From Eledone cirrhosa (taxonomy: Eukaryota), in NCBI GenBank assembly GCA_964016885.1, contig OZ024747.1, forward strand, positions 71,672,001 to 71,736,000: a stretch of DNA of 64,000 nucleotides. The letters are read 5' to 3'. Below, piece by piece: positions 1-13,290 of this stretch. Both the position numbers and the translations under genes were made by a program. How positions within the stretch are numbered: position 1 is the stretch's first letter; each line of letters starts with the position of its first letter. Below the pieces are notes generated by a model. It was not told the DNA's origin, ran no database searches, and saw nothing but the letters and a program-made list of their open reading frames with translations.

Positions 1-5
1 AGAAA

Positions 6-252
6 CAGAGCCAGATTTAATGGGAGGCAAAGGGGGCCCCCACCAGAGATGTCCATAGCAATTTATTTGTGCCCTCAGCTAGGCATTTTAGATTTAGGAT
101 GGTTAAAATTTTTGAATTTAATATTTGTATGTATAACTTTTCAATTCCAATTACTTGTGCCAAGCTAACTTTCATATGTAAAATTGGGGGGTTTGCTGTG
201 TATTTCAATTTTTTGTGTAAGAGGGGCCCCCCAAGGTCTAAATCCAACCCTG
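6..252. mobile_element. hAT-like MITE (non-autonomous DNA transposon)
   Basis: Begins CAGAGCCAGATTTA and ends TAAATCCAACCCTG, an imperfect inverted pair with CAG termini. The right half recurs at about 327-394 and 16258-16359. The TSD cannot be checked at the window edge. Confidence 0.5.
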
Positions 253-517
253 TGTGGGTACAAATGAAAGAAAAAAGCAATCAATATATAATGTAGAAGT
301 TGAGGGTATTTATATTAATAGTCTGTATGTAAAATTGGGGTGTTTGCTGTGTATTCTAATACTCCAGACCCACCAAGGTCAAAATCTAACCCTGATCAGA
401 GATAAATAAAATTAATACTGTTTACTGCAAGAAACTTATTTCCCTTTCTGAAAACTGGGACGTTAAACTGAAATAGAAAATGCTTGGGTAAACAGTCAGC
501 ACCAAACAATGTTCTCA

Positions 518-3500
518 AGAGATTAGCTAGAGGACACTAGCAGGTTACTGCTAGAGATTAGCTAGAGGACACTAGCAGGTTACTGCTAGAGATTAGCTAG
601 AGGACACTAGCAGGTTACTGCTAGAGATTAGCTAGAGGACACTAGCAGGTTACTGCTAGAGATTAGCTAGAGGACACTAGCAGGTTACTGCTAGAGATTA
701 GCTAGAGGACACTAGCAGGTTACTGCTAGAGATTAGCTAGAGGACACGAGCAGGTTACTGCTAGAGATTAGCTAGAGGACACTAGCAGGTTACTGCTAGA
801 GATTAGCTAGAGGACACGAGCAGGTTACTGCTAGAGATTAGCTAGAGGACACGAGCAGGTTACTGCTAGAGATTAGCTAGAGGACACTAGCAGGTTACTG
901 CTAGAGATTAGCTAGAGGACACTAGCAGGTTACTGCTAGAGATTAGCTAGAGGACACTAGCAGGTTACTGCTAGAGATTAGCTAGAGGACACGAGCAGGT
1001 TACTGCTAGAGATTAGCTAGAGGACACGAGCAGGTTACTGCTAGAGATTAGCTAGAGGACACTAGCAGGTTACTGCTAGAGATTAGCTAGAGGACACTAG
1101 CAGGTTACTGCTAGAGATTAGCTAGAGGACACTAGCAGGTTACTGCTAGAGATTAGCTAGAGGACACTAGCAGGTTACTGCTAGAGATTAGCTAGAGGAC
1201 ACGAGCAGGTTACTGCTAGAGATTAGCTAGAGGACACGAGCAGGTTACTGCTAGAGATTAGCTAGAGGACACTAGCAGGTTACTGCTAGAGATTAGCTAG
1301 AGGACACTAGCAGGTTACTGCTAGAGATTAGCTACAGGACACTAGCAGGTTACTGCTAGAGATTAGCTAGAGGACACTAGCAGGTTACTGCTAGAGATTA
1401 GCTAGAGGACACTAGCAGGTTACTGCTAGAGATTAGCTAGAGGACACTAGCAGGTTACTGCTAGAGATTAGCTAGAGGACACGAGCAGGTTACTGCTAGA
1501 GATTAGCTAGAGGACACGAGCAGGTTACTGCTAGAGATTAGCTAGAGGACACTAGCAGGTTACTGCTAGAGATTAGCTAGAGGACACTAGCAGGTTACTG
1601 CTAGAGATTAGCTAGAGGACACTAGCAGGTTACTGCTAGAGATTAGCTAGAGGACACTAGCAGGTTACTGCTAGAGATTAGCTAGAGGACACTAGCAGGT
1701 TACTGCTAGAGATTAGCTAGAGGACACTAGCAGGTTACTGCTAGAGATTAGCTAGAGGACACTAGCAGGTTACTGCTAGAGATTAGCTAGAGGACACGAG
1801 CAGGTTACTGCTAGAGATTAGCTAGAGGACACGAGCAGGTTACTGCTAGAGATTAGCTAGAGGACACTAGCAGGTTACTGCTAGAGATTAGCTAGAGGAC
1901 ACTAGCAGGTTACTGCTAGAGATTAGCTAGAGGACACTAGCAGGTTACTGCTAGAGATTAGCTAGAGGACACTAGCAGGTTACTGCTAGAGATTAGCTAG
2001 AGGACACTAGCAGGTTACTGCTAGAGATTAGCTAGAGGACACTAGCAGGTTACTGCTAGAGATTAGCTAGAGGACACTAGCAGGTTACTGCTAGAGATTA
2101 GCTAGAGGACACTAGCAGGTTACTGCTAGAGATTAGCTAGAGGACACTAGCAGGTTACTGCTAGAGATTAGCTAGAGGACACTAGCAGGTTACTGCTAGA
2201 GATTAGCTAGAGGACACTAGCAGGTTACTGCTAGAGATTAGCTAGAGGACACTAGCAGGTTACTGCTAGAGATTAGCTAGAGGACACTAGCAGGTTACTG
2301 CTAGAGATTAGCTAGAGGACACTAGCAGGTTACTGCTAGAGATTAGCTAGAGGACACTAGCAGGTTACTGCTAGAGATTAGCTAGAGGACACTAGCAGGT
2401 TACTGCTAGAGATTAGCTAGAGGACACTAGCAGGTTACTGCTAGAGATTAGCTAGAGGACACTAGCAGGTTACTGCTAGAGATTAGCTAGAGGACACTAG
2501 CAGGTTACTGCTAGAGATTAGCTAGAGGACACTAGCAGGTTACTGCTAGAGATTAGCTAGAGGACACTAGCAGGTTACTGCTAGAGATTAGCTAGAGGAC
2601 ACTAGCAGGTTACTGCTAGAGATTAGCTAGAGGACACTAGCAGGTTACTGCTAGAGATTAGCTAGAGGACACTAGCAGGTTACTGCTAGAGATTAGCTAG
2701 AGGACACGAGCAGGTTACTGCTAGAGATTAGCTAGAGGACACTAGCAGGTTACTGCTAGAGATTAGCTAGAGGACACGAGCAGGTTACTGCTAGAGATTA
2801 GCTAGAGGACACGAGCAGGTTACTGCTAGAGATTAGCTAGAGGACACTAGCAGGTTACTGCTAGAGATTAGCTAGAGGACACTAGCAGGTTACTGCTAGA
2901 GATTAGCTAGAGGACACTAGCAGGTTACTGCTAGAGATTAGCTAGAGGACACGAGCAGGTTACTGCTAGAGATTAGCTAGAGGACACGAGCAGGTTACTG
3001 CTAGAGATTAGCTAGAGGACACTAGCAGGTTACTGCTAGAGATTAGCTAGAGGACACTAGCAGGTTACTGCTAGAGATTAGCTAGAGGACACTAGCAGGT
3101 TACTGCTAGAGATTAGCTAGAGGACACTAGCAGGTTACTGCTAGAGATTAGCTAGAGGACACGAGCAGGTTACTGCTAGAGATTAGCTAGAGGACACGAG
3201 CAGGTTACTGCTAGAGATTAGCTAGAGGACACTAGCAGGTTACTGCTAGAGATTAGCTAGAGGACACTAGCAGGTTACTGCTAGAGATTAGCTACAGGAC
3301 ACTAGCAGGTTACTGCTAGAGATTAGCTAGAGGACACTAGCAGGTTACTGCTAGAGATTAGCTAGAGGACACTAGCAGGTTACTGCTAGAGATTAGCTAG
3401 AGGACACTAGCAGGTTACTGCTAGAGATTAGCTAGAGGACACGAGCAGGTTACTGCTAGAGATTAGCTAGAGGACACGAGCAGGTTACTGCTAGAGATTA

Positions 3501-5688
3501 GCTAGAGGACACTAGCAGGTTACTGCTAGAGATTAGCTAGAGGACACTAGCAGGTTACTGCTAGAGATTAGCTAGAGGACACTAGCAGGTTACTGCTAGA
3601 GATTAGCTAGAGGACACTAGCAGGTTACTGCTAGAGATTAGCTAGAGGACACTAGCAGGTTACTGCTAGAGATTAGCTAGAGGACACTAGCAGGTTACTG
3701 CTAGAGATTAGCTAGAGGACACTAGCAGGTTACTGCTAGAGATTAGCTAGAGGACACGAGCAGGTTACTGCTAGAGATTAGCTAGAGGACACGAGCAGGT
3801 TACTGCTAGAGATTAGCTAGAGGACACTAGCAGGTTACTGCTAGAGATTAGCTAGAGGACACTAGCAGGTTACTGCTAGAGATTAGCTAGAGGACACTAG
3901 CAGGTTACTGCTAGAGATTAGCTAGAGGACACTAGCAGGTTACTGCTAGAGATTAGCTAGAGGACACTAGCAGGTTACTGCTAGAGATTAGCTAGAGGAC
4001 ACTAGCAGGTTACTGCTAGAGATTAGCTAGAGGACACTAGCAGGTTACTGCTAGAGATTAGCTAGAGGACACTAGCAGGTTACTGCTAGAGATTAGCTAG
4101 AGGACACTAGCAGGTTACTGCTAGAGATTAGCTAGAGGACACTAGCAGGTTACTGCTAGAGATTAGCTAGAGGACACTAGCAGGTTACTGCTAGAGATTA
4201 GCTAGAGGACACTAGCAGGTTACTGCTAGAGATTAGCTAGAGGACACTAGCAGGTTACTGCTAGAGATTAGCTAGAGGACACTAGCAGGTTACTGCTAGA
4301 GATTAGCTAGAGGACACTAGCAGGTTACTGCTAGAGATTAGCTAGAGGACACTAGCAGGTTACTGCTAGAGATTAGCTAGAGGACACTAGCAGGTTACTG
4401 CTAGAGATTAGCTAGAGGACACTAGCAGGTTACTGCTAGAGATTAGCTAGAGGACACTAGCAGGTTACTGCTAGAGATTAGCTAGAGGACACTAGCAGGT
4501 TACTGCTAGAGATTAGCTAGAGGACACTAGCAGGTTACTGCTAGAGATTAGCTAGAGGACACTAGCAGGTTACTGCTAGAGATTAGCTAGAGGACACTAG
4601 CAGGTTACTGCTAGAGATTAGCTAGAGGACACTAGCAGGTTACTGCTAGAGATTAGCTAGAGGACACTAGCAGGTTACTGCTAGAGATTAGCTAGAGGAC
4701 ACTAGCAGGTTACTGCTAGAGATTAGCTAGAGGACACTAGCAGGTTACTGCTAGAGATTAGCTAGAGGACACTAGCAGGTGACTGCTAGAGATTAGCTAG
4801 AGGACACTAGCAGGTGACTGCTAGAGATTAGCTAGAGGACACTAGCAGGTTACTGCTAGAGATTAGCTAGAGGACACTAGCAGGTTACTGCTAGAGATTA
4901 GCTAGAGGACACTAGCAGGTTACTGCTAGAGATTAGCTAGAGGACACTAGCAGGTTACTGCTAGAGATTAGCTTGAGGACACTAGCAGGTTACTGCTAGA
5001 GATTAGCTAGAGGACACTAGCAGGTTACTGCTAGAGATTAGCTAGAGGACACTAGCAGGTTACTGCTAGAGATTAGCTAGAGGACACTAGCAGGTTACTG
5101 CTAGAGATTAGCTAGAGGACACTAGCAGGTTACTGCTAGAGATTAGCTAGAGGACACTAGCAGGTTACTGCTAGAGATTAGCTAGAGGACACTAGCAGGT
5201 TACTGCTAGAGATTAGCTAGAGGACACTAGCAGGTTACTGCTAGAGATTAGCTAGAGGACACTAGCAGGTTACTGCTAGAGATTAGCTAGAGGACACTAG
5301 CAGGTTACTGCTAGAGATTAGCTAGAGGACACTAGCAGGTTACTGCTAGAGATTAGCTAGAGGACACTAGCAGGTTACTGCTAGAGATTAGCTAGAGGAC
5401 ACTAGCAGGTTACTGCTAGAGGACACTAGCAGGTTACTGCTAGAGATTAGCTAGAGGACACTAGCAGGTTACTGCTAGAGATTAGCTAGAGGACACTAGC
5501 AGGTTACTGCTAGAGATTAGCTAGAGGACACTAGCAGGTTACTGCTAGAGATTAGCTAGAGGACACTAGCAAGTTACTGCTAGAGATTAGCTAGAGGACA
5601 CTAGCAGGTTACTGCTAGAGATTAGCTAGAGGACACTAGCAGGTTACTGCTAGAGATTAGCTAGAGGACACTAGCAGGTTACTGCTAA
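518..5688. repeat. 35-bp minisatellite (CTAGAGATTAGCTAGAGGACACTAGCAGGTTACTG)n, about 148 copies
   Basis: The period is read directly (CAGGTTACTG at 541, 576, 611...). There are few variant units: ACGAG, GCTACAGG, GGTGACTG, GCTTGAGG and one short deletion near 5420. Confidence 0.98.
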
Positions 5689-6649
5689 GTAGGTAAACTT
5701 CAACTTTAATGACAAATATAGCATTAAGGTGAACTCTAAACTGCCCACAGGTTTGGATCACCTAGAGCTTATCTCTTGTTCTATAATGCCAGGGGTACTG
5801 ATGAAACATTTATTTGGCAGTTACGAGATTATTAAAATTCAACATGATGCTCTCAAATCATCTTAATAGTTCTTGCCTAAAACCTTACCCTAATATATTT
5901 TTAACTAGATATAAAAGAAACATAATGTCATTTAATAATCTTTCAGTACTTTTATATTTGCTTGAAAACCAAAATAATAATGTAAATGATAAAACTGTCT
6001 GAAAATTTGATATTATAATAAAAGTTAGGATATCGAAACACTTTTGACAAACAATGTATCATGTATGGTTGTTACATTACTGAAACTTTATGCATAAAGC
6101 CAGAAAAATTATTGTAATTTGGGTCTCGATTTTCATAGATTTAAGATTATCAAACTTATAAATGGAAATCCGATTTGGTTGAGCAATTCATTTGGGGGCA
6201 AGTTTTCATTACAATTGACAAACGATCAAGTCACTTGAAATCAGGGAATTCCAAGTGAGGGAATAATTTGAAGCCTCTCGTGGGCATGTGATTGAACGAA
6301 TCAAAATCTTTCAAGGTAGCTTCCAGTATGATAACAACCAATCAGAAACCACTTTAACTGGAGCTGTTTCAAGAAAGGCTAATTAGATTTTCATGTATGA
6401 TAATGAGTTCATCTTTAACCACTGAACAAACTACATATAGCTGTAGCTACTGCCGAGGGGAATGTTGAATGACTTATTAAAAGTAATATTACATTCCCTG
6501 AAGTTCTATTGATGTGGAACCAAGTTACTTCGAAATGGCAATATTTGAATAGCAATATTAAAGTTAAAAGATTCTTTTGTTAAACTTTAAAATATATATT
6601 TTTAATAAATGTAAAGCATATTCTGACCAAAGTTGTATTAGTATTATAT

Positions 6650-6728
6650 TGTCGGGGTCGATAAAATAAAGTACCAGTAATGCACTGGGTAATTGCTGGC
6701 CTTGTGCCTAAAGTAGAAACAATTATAT
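6650..6728 (+). mobile_element. 3' fragment of an abundant tRNA-derived SINE (Meta-domain-like core)
   Basis: GGGGTCGATAAAATAAAGTACCAG...GCTGGCCTTGTGCCTAAAGTAGAAAC is shared with fuller copies at 19.2, 20.3, 29.5 and 32.8 kb. Confidence 0.75.
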
Positions 6729-6869
6729 TGTAAATGAAATAATCACAGGAGTACTTCTCTGAGACTTATTTTATTCACATTACATCCACCTTCTTCCCAT
6801 GAACCAAAATTTCTGCTTTCTCTGTATGTGTGTTTGTGTGTATAAATATCTATAAATATATATATATAA

Positions 6870-9543
6870 ATCATCATCATCATCATCATCACCGTTTTAC
6901 GTCCGTTCTTCCACGCTAGCATGGGTTAGACGGGTTGTCCTGTTGTGGGCAGTGTCTGGTCGGCTGACCATGCCTTGCTCATACAGGAACTGATCTGGCT
7001 TGATTTCTACAGCTGGATGCCCTTCCTAACACCAACCTCATTTACAGTGAGTGCTGGGTGCTTTTTCGTGGCGCCTACACGTCCACTTTACAGTGTGGGC
7101 TGGGTGCTTTTTGCCGTGGCACCTCCACGGCCACCTTGCGGGGGGGGGGGGGGGCATATTGTTTATATGCTTCAGCATGTACCCATGGGAGGTCGGGTAC
7201 CCTGTATTACTGCGTGACGCCAGAAGTCACGGTCGTGTGTCATTGACTTTGAGAGGTGTAGTTGGGTAAGGTCGGCTTTTATCACCTCATCCCAAGTCAT
7301 CTTGGGTCTCCCCACTCCGCGGTTTCCATCAACTTCTAGTGCTCTGCACCTTTTTATGCAGCTGTCATCCTTCATACGCATCACATGTCCATACCAGCGT
7401 AACCGCCTCTCCTGCACACAGCATTTGATTCCTCTTATGCTCAGTCTCTCTCTCAATTCCTTTATGCTTTGTCGTTCACGTATATTACTGTTACACATCC
7501 ATCGGAGCATGCAGGCTTCGTTTCTCTCTAATCTACGTAAGTCTTCCACCTTCAGCGCCCAGGTCTCACTACCATGCAACATCGCTGTTCGGATACACGC
7601 ATCATACAGTCTGCCTTTCATTCTGAGGGAGAAGCCTTTTGCAGCTAGCAGTGGTAGTAGTTCCCTAAACTTCTTCCATCCCGTTCTTACCCTAGTTATT
7701 GTACTTTCTGAGCACCCACCTCCGTTGCTAATTCGGTCACCTAGGTAGCAGAAGCTGTCTACTGTTTCTACAGGGCCCTCCCAGAGATTGGTGGTACTTG
7801 TTTCCTGTGGCTGTTTGCTTGCTGTTTCAGCACAGCTGCTGCATGTGAATCCTACATTCTTAATTAAGCTTCCTGAGATCCCGCTACATCTCTTGTGTAC
7901 CCATTGTTTGCATTTGGGGCAGAGAATGGAGTTCCTACCTACACCTTTCCTACATACTGAGCAAGGCCATTTCCCTGAGGGGATCTGGGTTCTGTTTTCT
8001 CGTCTACTTACAAGGACCTTAGTCTTTGTCATGTTGACTTTGAGGCCCTTTCTCTCTAGTCCCTGCTTCCAGGTTTGGAATTTATTCTCTAGTTCTACCA
8101 TAGATTCAGCTATGAGTGCGAGGTCATCAGCATACAGGAGTTCCCATGGGCATCCGGTCTTAAACTCCTCCGTTATTGCCTGCAGGACTATGATGAACAG
8201 GAGAGGGCTAAGAACAGAGCCCTGGTGGACCCCAACTTGTACGCTAAATTCCTCGCTATACTCATTGCCAATCCTAACTTTGCTGACTGCTCCCCTATAC
8301 ATGGCTTGTACCGCTTTCACAAGCCATTCATCTACTCCTAGTTTTCTAAGAGCCCACCAGATTACTGCACGTGGAACTCTGTCAAAGGCTTTCTCAAGGT
8401 CGACAAATGCCAAGTAGAGTGGCTTACTTTTAGCTAGGTACTTTTCCTGTAATTGCCTCACAAGGAAGAGGGCATCAGTGGTGCCTTTCCCTGGTACAAA
8501 CCCAAATTGCATCTCGTCTATATTCACCCGGTCCCTAATCAGCTGTGCTATAACTCTTTCTGTTACTTTCATGACCTGGTCCATCAACTTTATACCTCTA
8601 TAGTTTCCTCTATCTAGTGCATCGCCTTTACCTTTGTAGCAGTTGACAATGATGCTACTGCACCAATCTTTTGGTATGGCCCCCTCTAGTATTACCTGGT
8701 TAACGATACGTGTGGTTATAGTGTGACCTACAGACCCAGATGCCTTCAGCATCTCGGCAGCTATACCCGATGGACCGGTTGCCTTCCCTATCTTCATATC
8801 TCTGATTGCCTTACTTACTATGCTGCCGCTGACTTGTACTGCTGGTCCCTCTATAGGGTCTACGTGGGGTAGGGTCTCTTCTTCCCATGCATTCTCCTCA
8901 TTTAGTAATCTATCATAATGACTCTTCCATGCATCTTTCTTCTCAGCACTTGTGAGGGCAAGCTCACCTTTATCATTCCGGATACACTTCTCTCCAATGA
9001 CATCACAACTATCTCTGACACACTGCCTCGCAATCTTGAATACCTCCTGTTTCTGGTCCTCACGTTGTAAAACATGCTTGAATTTTCTATCCTCTGCTTC
9101 CCTCCTAGCTAAGTATACTTGTCGCCTAGCTTCCCTCTTGGTCTCTATGTAATGTACCCTGCTCCCCCCGTTCTTCCATTCTTTCCATGCCTGTCTCTTG
9201 GCCTTGACTGCTTCATCTACCTTATTGTTCCACCACCAAGTCACTCTCCTCCTGCTTGAGGTCTTACTCCAGCCACAAACCTCATCCGTCGCCTCTAGTA
9301 AGTTATTTTTTAGGAACTCCCAGTTCTCTTCTACGTTAAATGTCTCTATCTGTTCTTCTTTACTGTCGTAGGCGTTGAGTAAAATATCTTTAAATCTGTT
9401 ACTGGTTGAGGGGACTTTCAGCTTCCAGATCTTTCTTCTCCAGGTTGGCCTCTGTTTCAGGGCTCGTCTAGTTCTGACCGTGAGGTCGCTGACAACTAAG
9501 CTATGTTGGGATGTACATTCCTCACTAGGGAAGGCTTTTGTGT
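6870..9543 (-). mobile_element. RTE-clade non-LTR retrotransposon copy 1, 5'-truncated at the end of the AP-endonuclease domain
   Basis: RT motifs QFGF, FVDLEKAFDRVP, GVHQGSVLSPLLF, YADD and RRLRWYGHV. The 3' UTR ends in an (ATG)n tail. Both ends abut TA tracts. Confidence 0.96.
7172..9244 (-). CDS. RTE reverse transcriptase ORF with embedded PHD-like C4HC3 finger; frame appears open upstream to about 9540
   Basis: Uninterrupted 690-aa ORF in the track. The upstream in-frame translation continues into EN C-terminal motifs (EECTSQHSLVVSDL). Confidence 0.93.
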   Translation of the reverse strand: MTWWWNNKVDEAVKAKRQAWKEWKNGGSRVHYIETKREARRQVYLARREAEDRKFKHVLQREDQKQEVFKIARQCVRDSCDVIGEKCIRNDKGELALTSAEKKDAWKSHYDRLLNEENAWEEETLPHVDPIEGPAVQVSGSIVSKAIRDMKIGKATGPSGIAAEMLKASGSVGHTITTRIVNQVILEGAIPKDWCSSIIVNCYKGKGDALDRGNYRGIKLMDQVMKVTERVIAQLIRDRVNIDEMQFGFVPGKGTTDALFLVRQLQEKYLAKSKPLYLAFVDLEKAFDRVPRAVIWWALRKLGVDEWLVKAVQAMYRGAVSKVRIGNEYSEEFSVQVGVHQGSVLSPLLFIIVLQAITEEFKTGCPWELLYADDLALIAESMVELENKFQTWKQGLERKGLKVNMTKTKVLVSRRENRTQIPSGKWPCSVCRKGVGRNSILCPKCKQWVHKRCSGISGSLIKNVGFTCSSCAETASKQPQETSTTNLWEGPVETVDSFCYLGDRISNGGGCSESTITRVRTGWKKFRELLPLLAAKGFSLRMKGRLYDACIRTAMLHGSETWALKVEDLRRLERNEACMLRWMCNSNIRERQSIKELRERLSIRGIKCCVQERRLRWYGHVMRMKDDSCIKRCRALEVDGNRGVGRPKMTWDEVIKADLTQLHLSKSMTHDRDFWRHAVIQGTRPPMGTC

Positions 9544-9561
9544 TTATATATATATATATAA

Positions 9562-9610
<49 letters not shown>

Positions 9611-9619
9611 TAAATATAA

Positions 9620-9743
9620 ATAAATGAGGTTGGTGTTAGGAAGGGCAACCAGCTGTAGAAATCAAGCCAGAATCAGTCCCCGTCCCACCCTTGCTTGCAA
9701 GCAGGGAAAAGTGGACGTAAAATGATGATGATGATGATGATGA

Positions 9744-9746
<3 letters not shown>
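9620..9746 (+). mobile_element. 3' tail of RTE-partner SINE
   Basis: GGTTGGTGTTAGGAAGGGC..CCAGCTGTAGAAATCAAGCCAG...CCCTTGC..GGACGTAAA(ATG)n matches the end of the SINE at 42420-42751. Confidence 0.8.
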
Positions 9747-9799
<53 letters not shown>

Positions 9800-9817
9800 A
9801 AATATATATATGTATGT

Positions 9818-12800
9818 CATCATCATCATCATCATCATCATCGTTTAACGTCCATGTTCCACGCTTGCATGGGTTTGGACGGGAGTTTTCCCACTTGAGG
9901 CAAGAGTGGTTGTCTTGCTCGCACAGGACTGTCTGGCGGGTTTTCTACGGCTGGATACCCTTCCTAACACCAACCACATTTACAGTGTGGGGCTGGGAGG
10001 TTTTTACCGTGTTGCCTACACGGCCACATTACAGCGTGGACTGTGTGTTTTTTTGTCGTGACACCTACACGATCTCATTTGTTTCGGCCTGGATGTTGTG
10101 GCACCAACATAACTTTACATTGAAAGGGGCGGTGTGGATGGGGTGGGGGTGGTGGGACGGGGTGTATTTTGTTAGAGATGCCTACTGACTGTAGTAGGTT
10201 TTACTTTGTATTCAGGTAAGGTGGGTCTTCTCTATTACTGAGTACCGCCAAAGGTCTCGGTCCAGTGACATTGTCTTGGAGAGGTGTAAGTGTGTGAGGT
10301 CGGAATTTATCAGGTCGTCCCAGGTTTTTCTGGGTCTGCCTACTCCGTGGCTACGGTCTATCTTTATTGCCCTGCACTTTTTTATACAGCTGTCGTCTTT
10401 CATGAGCATCACGTGTCCATACCAACGTAGCCTTTTCTCGAGTAAACAACATCTGATCCCTCTTATTTCTAATTTTTCCCTTAGTTCGTTTATGCTTTGC
10501 CGTTCGCGTATGTTACTATTACACATCCAGCGGAGCATGCAAGCTTCGTTCCTCTCCAGTCTGCGTATATCCTCTGCACACAATGCCCAGGTCTCACTGC
10601 CATGCAACATTGCTGTTCGTATGCAGGCATCATACAGCCTGCCTTTCATTTTTAAGGAGAACCCTTTAGCAGCTAATAGTGGTATAAGCTCTCTGAACTT
10701 TTTCCATCCAGTTCTGACTCTAGCTACTGTACTTTCAGAGCACCCTCCCCCACTGCTGATTTTGTCACCCAGGTAACGGAAGCTGTCCACTATTTCTATA
10801 GAACCCTCTGCGCAATTGAAAGAGCTAGTATTTTGTGGGAACTTGCTGCTACTTATTGTACCAGAGCACCGGCCACATGTAAAATCTATGTTCTTAGTGA
10901 GCTTACCTGTGATCCCACTACATCTTTTATGCACCCATACTTTGCATTTGGGACATAAAATGGAGTTTCTACCTACGCCTTTCCTACACACTGAGCATGG
11001 CCATTTCCCGGAAGGGACCGGCGCCTTATTTTCTTTCCTACAAACTAGAACTTTAGTCTTAGCCAGGTTAATTTTAAGGCCTTTTGATTCTAGGCCGTGC
11101 TTCCATGTTTGGAATTTCTTCTCTAGCTCGGCCATTGATTCAGCTATGAGCGTTAGATCATCTGCGTATAGGAGTTCCCATGGGCAGCCGGTCTTGAACT
11201 CCACTGTTATAGCCTGAAGGGCAATAATAAATAGTAGGGGGCTAAGAACAGAGCCCTGATGAACACCAACTTTTACGCTAAACTCTTCACTATATTCGTT
11301 GTTAATTCTAACCTTGCTGACTGTTTCTTTAACATGGTTTGTATAGCTCTCACAAGCCATTCATCAACACCTAGTTTTTTAAGAGCCCACCAGATAATGG
11401 AACGGGGGACTCTGTCGAAGGCTTTCTCCAAGTCGACAAAAGCTAAGTATAGGGGTTTACTTTTAGCTAGGTACTTCTCCTGTAGTTGTCGTACAATGAA
11501 AAGAGCGTCTGTGGTACTTTTGCCTGACACAAACCCGAACTGCATTTCATCTAGATCAATTCTCTCTCTGATTAGTTGCACTATTACTTTTTCCGTGACC
11601 TTCATGACCTGGTCGATTAATTTAATGCCTCTATAGTTACTCCTATCTAGGGCATCTCCTTTACCCTTGTAACAGTTAATGATGATGCTGCTACGCCAGT
11701 CCTTCGGAACAACCCCATTCTGTATGACTTGGTTTACTATCCGGGTACCATGGTGTGTCCCACCGTTCCAGAGGCTTTCAGCATCTCAGCAACTATTTCC
11801 GAAGGCCCAGCCGCCTTATCCGTCTTCATATCTTTGATTGCCTTACTTATTATACTACCTTCAACTAACACTGCTGGTCCCTCTATTGGGTCGATGTGGG
11901 GGAGACTGTCCTTCTCCCATTTATTCTCCTCATTTAGTAGCCTTTCATAGTGACACTTCCAAGTTACCTTCTTATTGGCGTCAGTGATGGCAAGTACGCC
12001 ATCATCATTTAGTACACACTTCTCCCCGACAATATCACGGTTTTCCTTGACACATTGCCTAGCAATCCTGAACACCTCACGTTTTTGGTCCTCGCGTTGT
12101 AGAACATGCTTGAACTTTCTTTCCTCTGCTTCCCTTCTTGCGAAGTACACTTGTCTCCTAGCTTCCCTCCTGGCCACTTGATAGTCTTCTCTACTTCCCC
12201 CATCCCGCCATACTTTCCAAGCCTGCTTTTTGGCCTTAATCGACTCCTCCACCTTACTGTTCCACCACCATGTTACTCTCCTCCTGCCTATAGGCCTGCT
12301 CCGGCCACAGACTTCGTCTGCCGCCATCAGCAGGTTTGCTTTCAGGAATTCCCACTGTTCCTCTATATTGTACGACTCTAAATGCTCTTCCTTACTGTCG
12401 AAAGCATCAAGTAATATGCTTTGAAATTTATTTCTGGCTGTGGGGTCCTTTAGCTTCCATATTTTTCTCCTGAGGATAGTCCTCTTTGCTGTCGAGTACG
12501 TCTCATCCTGACTATGAGGTCGCTAATTATCAGTCTATGTTGGGAGGTGCATTCTTCATGGGGGAGGGATTTAGTGTTTACAACAGACACTCTGTCACGT
12601 CTTCTGGTAAGGATATAATCTACCTGGCTGGTATGTTCCCCTGATCTGTAGGTGATCAAGTGATTGTCTCGTTTTTTGAAGTTAGTGTTACAGATTGTTA
12701 GGTTATTTGCATCACAGAATTCCAGGATTCTGGAGCCTTCCTCATTTCTAGTACCAAACCCATAGCCTCCATGGATTTCGTCGTATCCGTCACAATGTTG

Positions 12801-13227
12801 TCCAACATTTAGGTCGCCTGCAATAATTATATAGTCACTGTCGGTTATTTGGGAGGTAGTGAGCATCAGTGTCTCATAGAAACTGTCTTTTATAGCGCCA
12901 GGCAGTCCGGATTGGGGCGCGTACGCAGATATTATTGTCACAGTAGTCCTATTTAGAACAAGTCTTATTTTAATTATTCTGTCGTTTACTCTATTTACGT
13001 CTATTATCTTATCCACCCATTTTTCTGCTAACATGATTCCTACCCCACCCAGCCCATTGTCATTTCCCACCCAGAAAAGCTTATAGCATCGTTTTTTACC
13101 CACAATGAATCTAGCAGACCCGCCCCTCCACCTGGTCTCTTGGATACAGCAGACATCAACCTCCTTACGTTCAAGCATTTCTACAACCTCGTTAGAGCGG
13201 CCTTTTAAGGTCCCTACATTCATGATG

Positions 13228-13290
<63 letters not shown>

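Noticed and set aside
518-5688. CRISPR-like array of 35-bp repeats
   Set aside because: Units are head-to-tail with no unique spacers, there are no cas genes, and the context is eukaryotic.
6110-6545. Unique, higher-complexity block as exon or conserved element
   Set aside because: No ORF, splice pair or recognisable motif; needs comparative data.
7302-12424. Plus-strand ORFs over the RTE copies (also 56150-57421 and 61158-62075)
   Set aside because: Antisense shadows of the RT ORFs.
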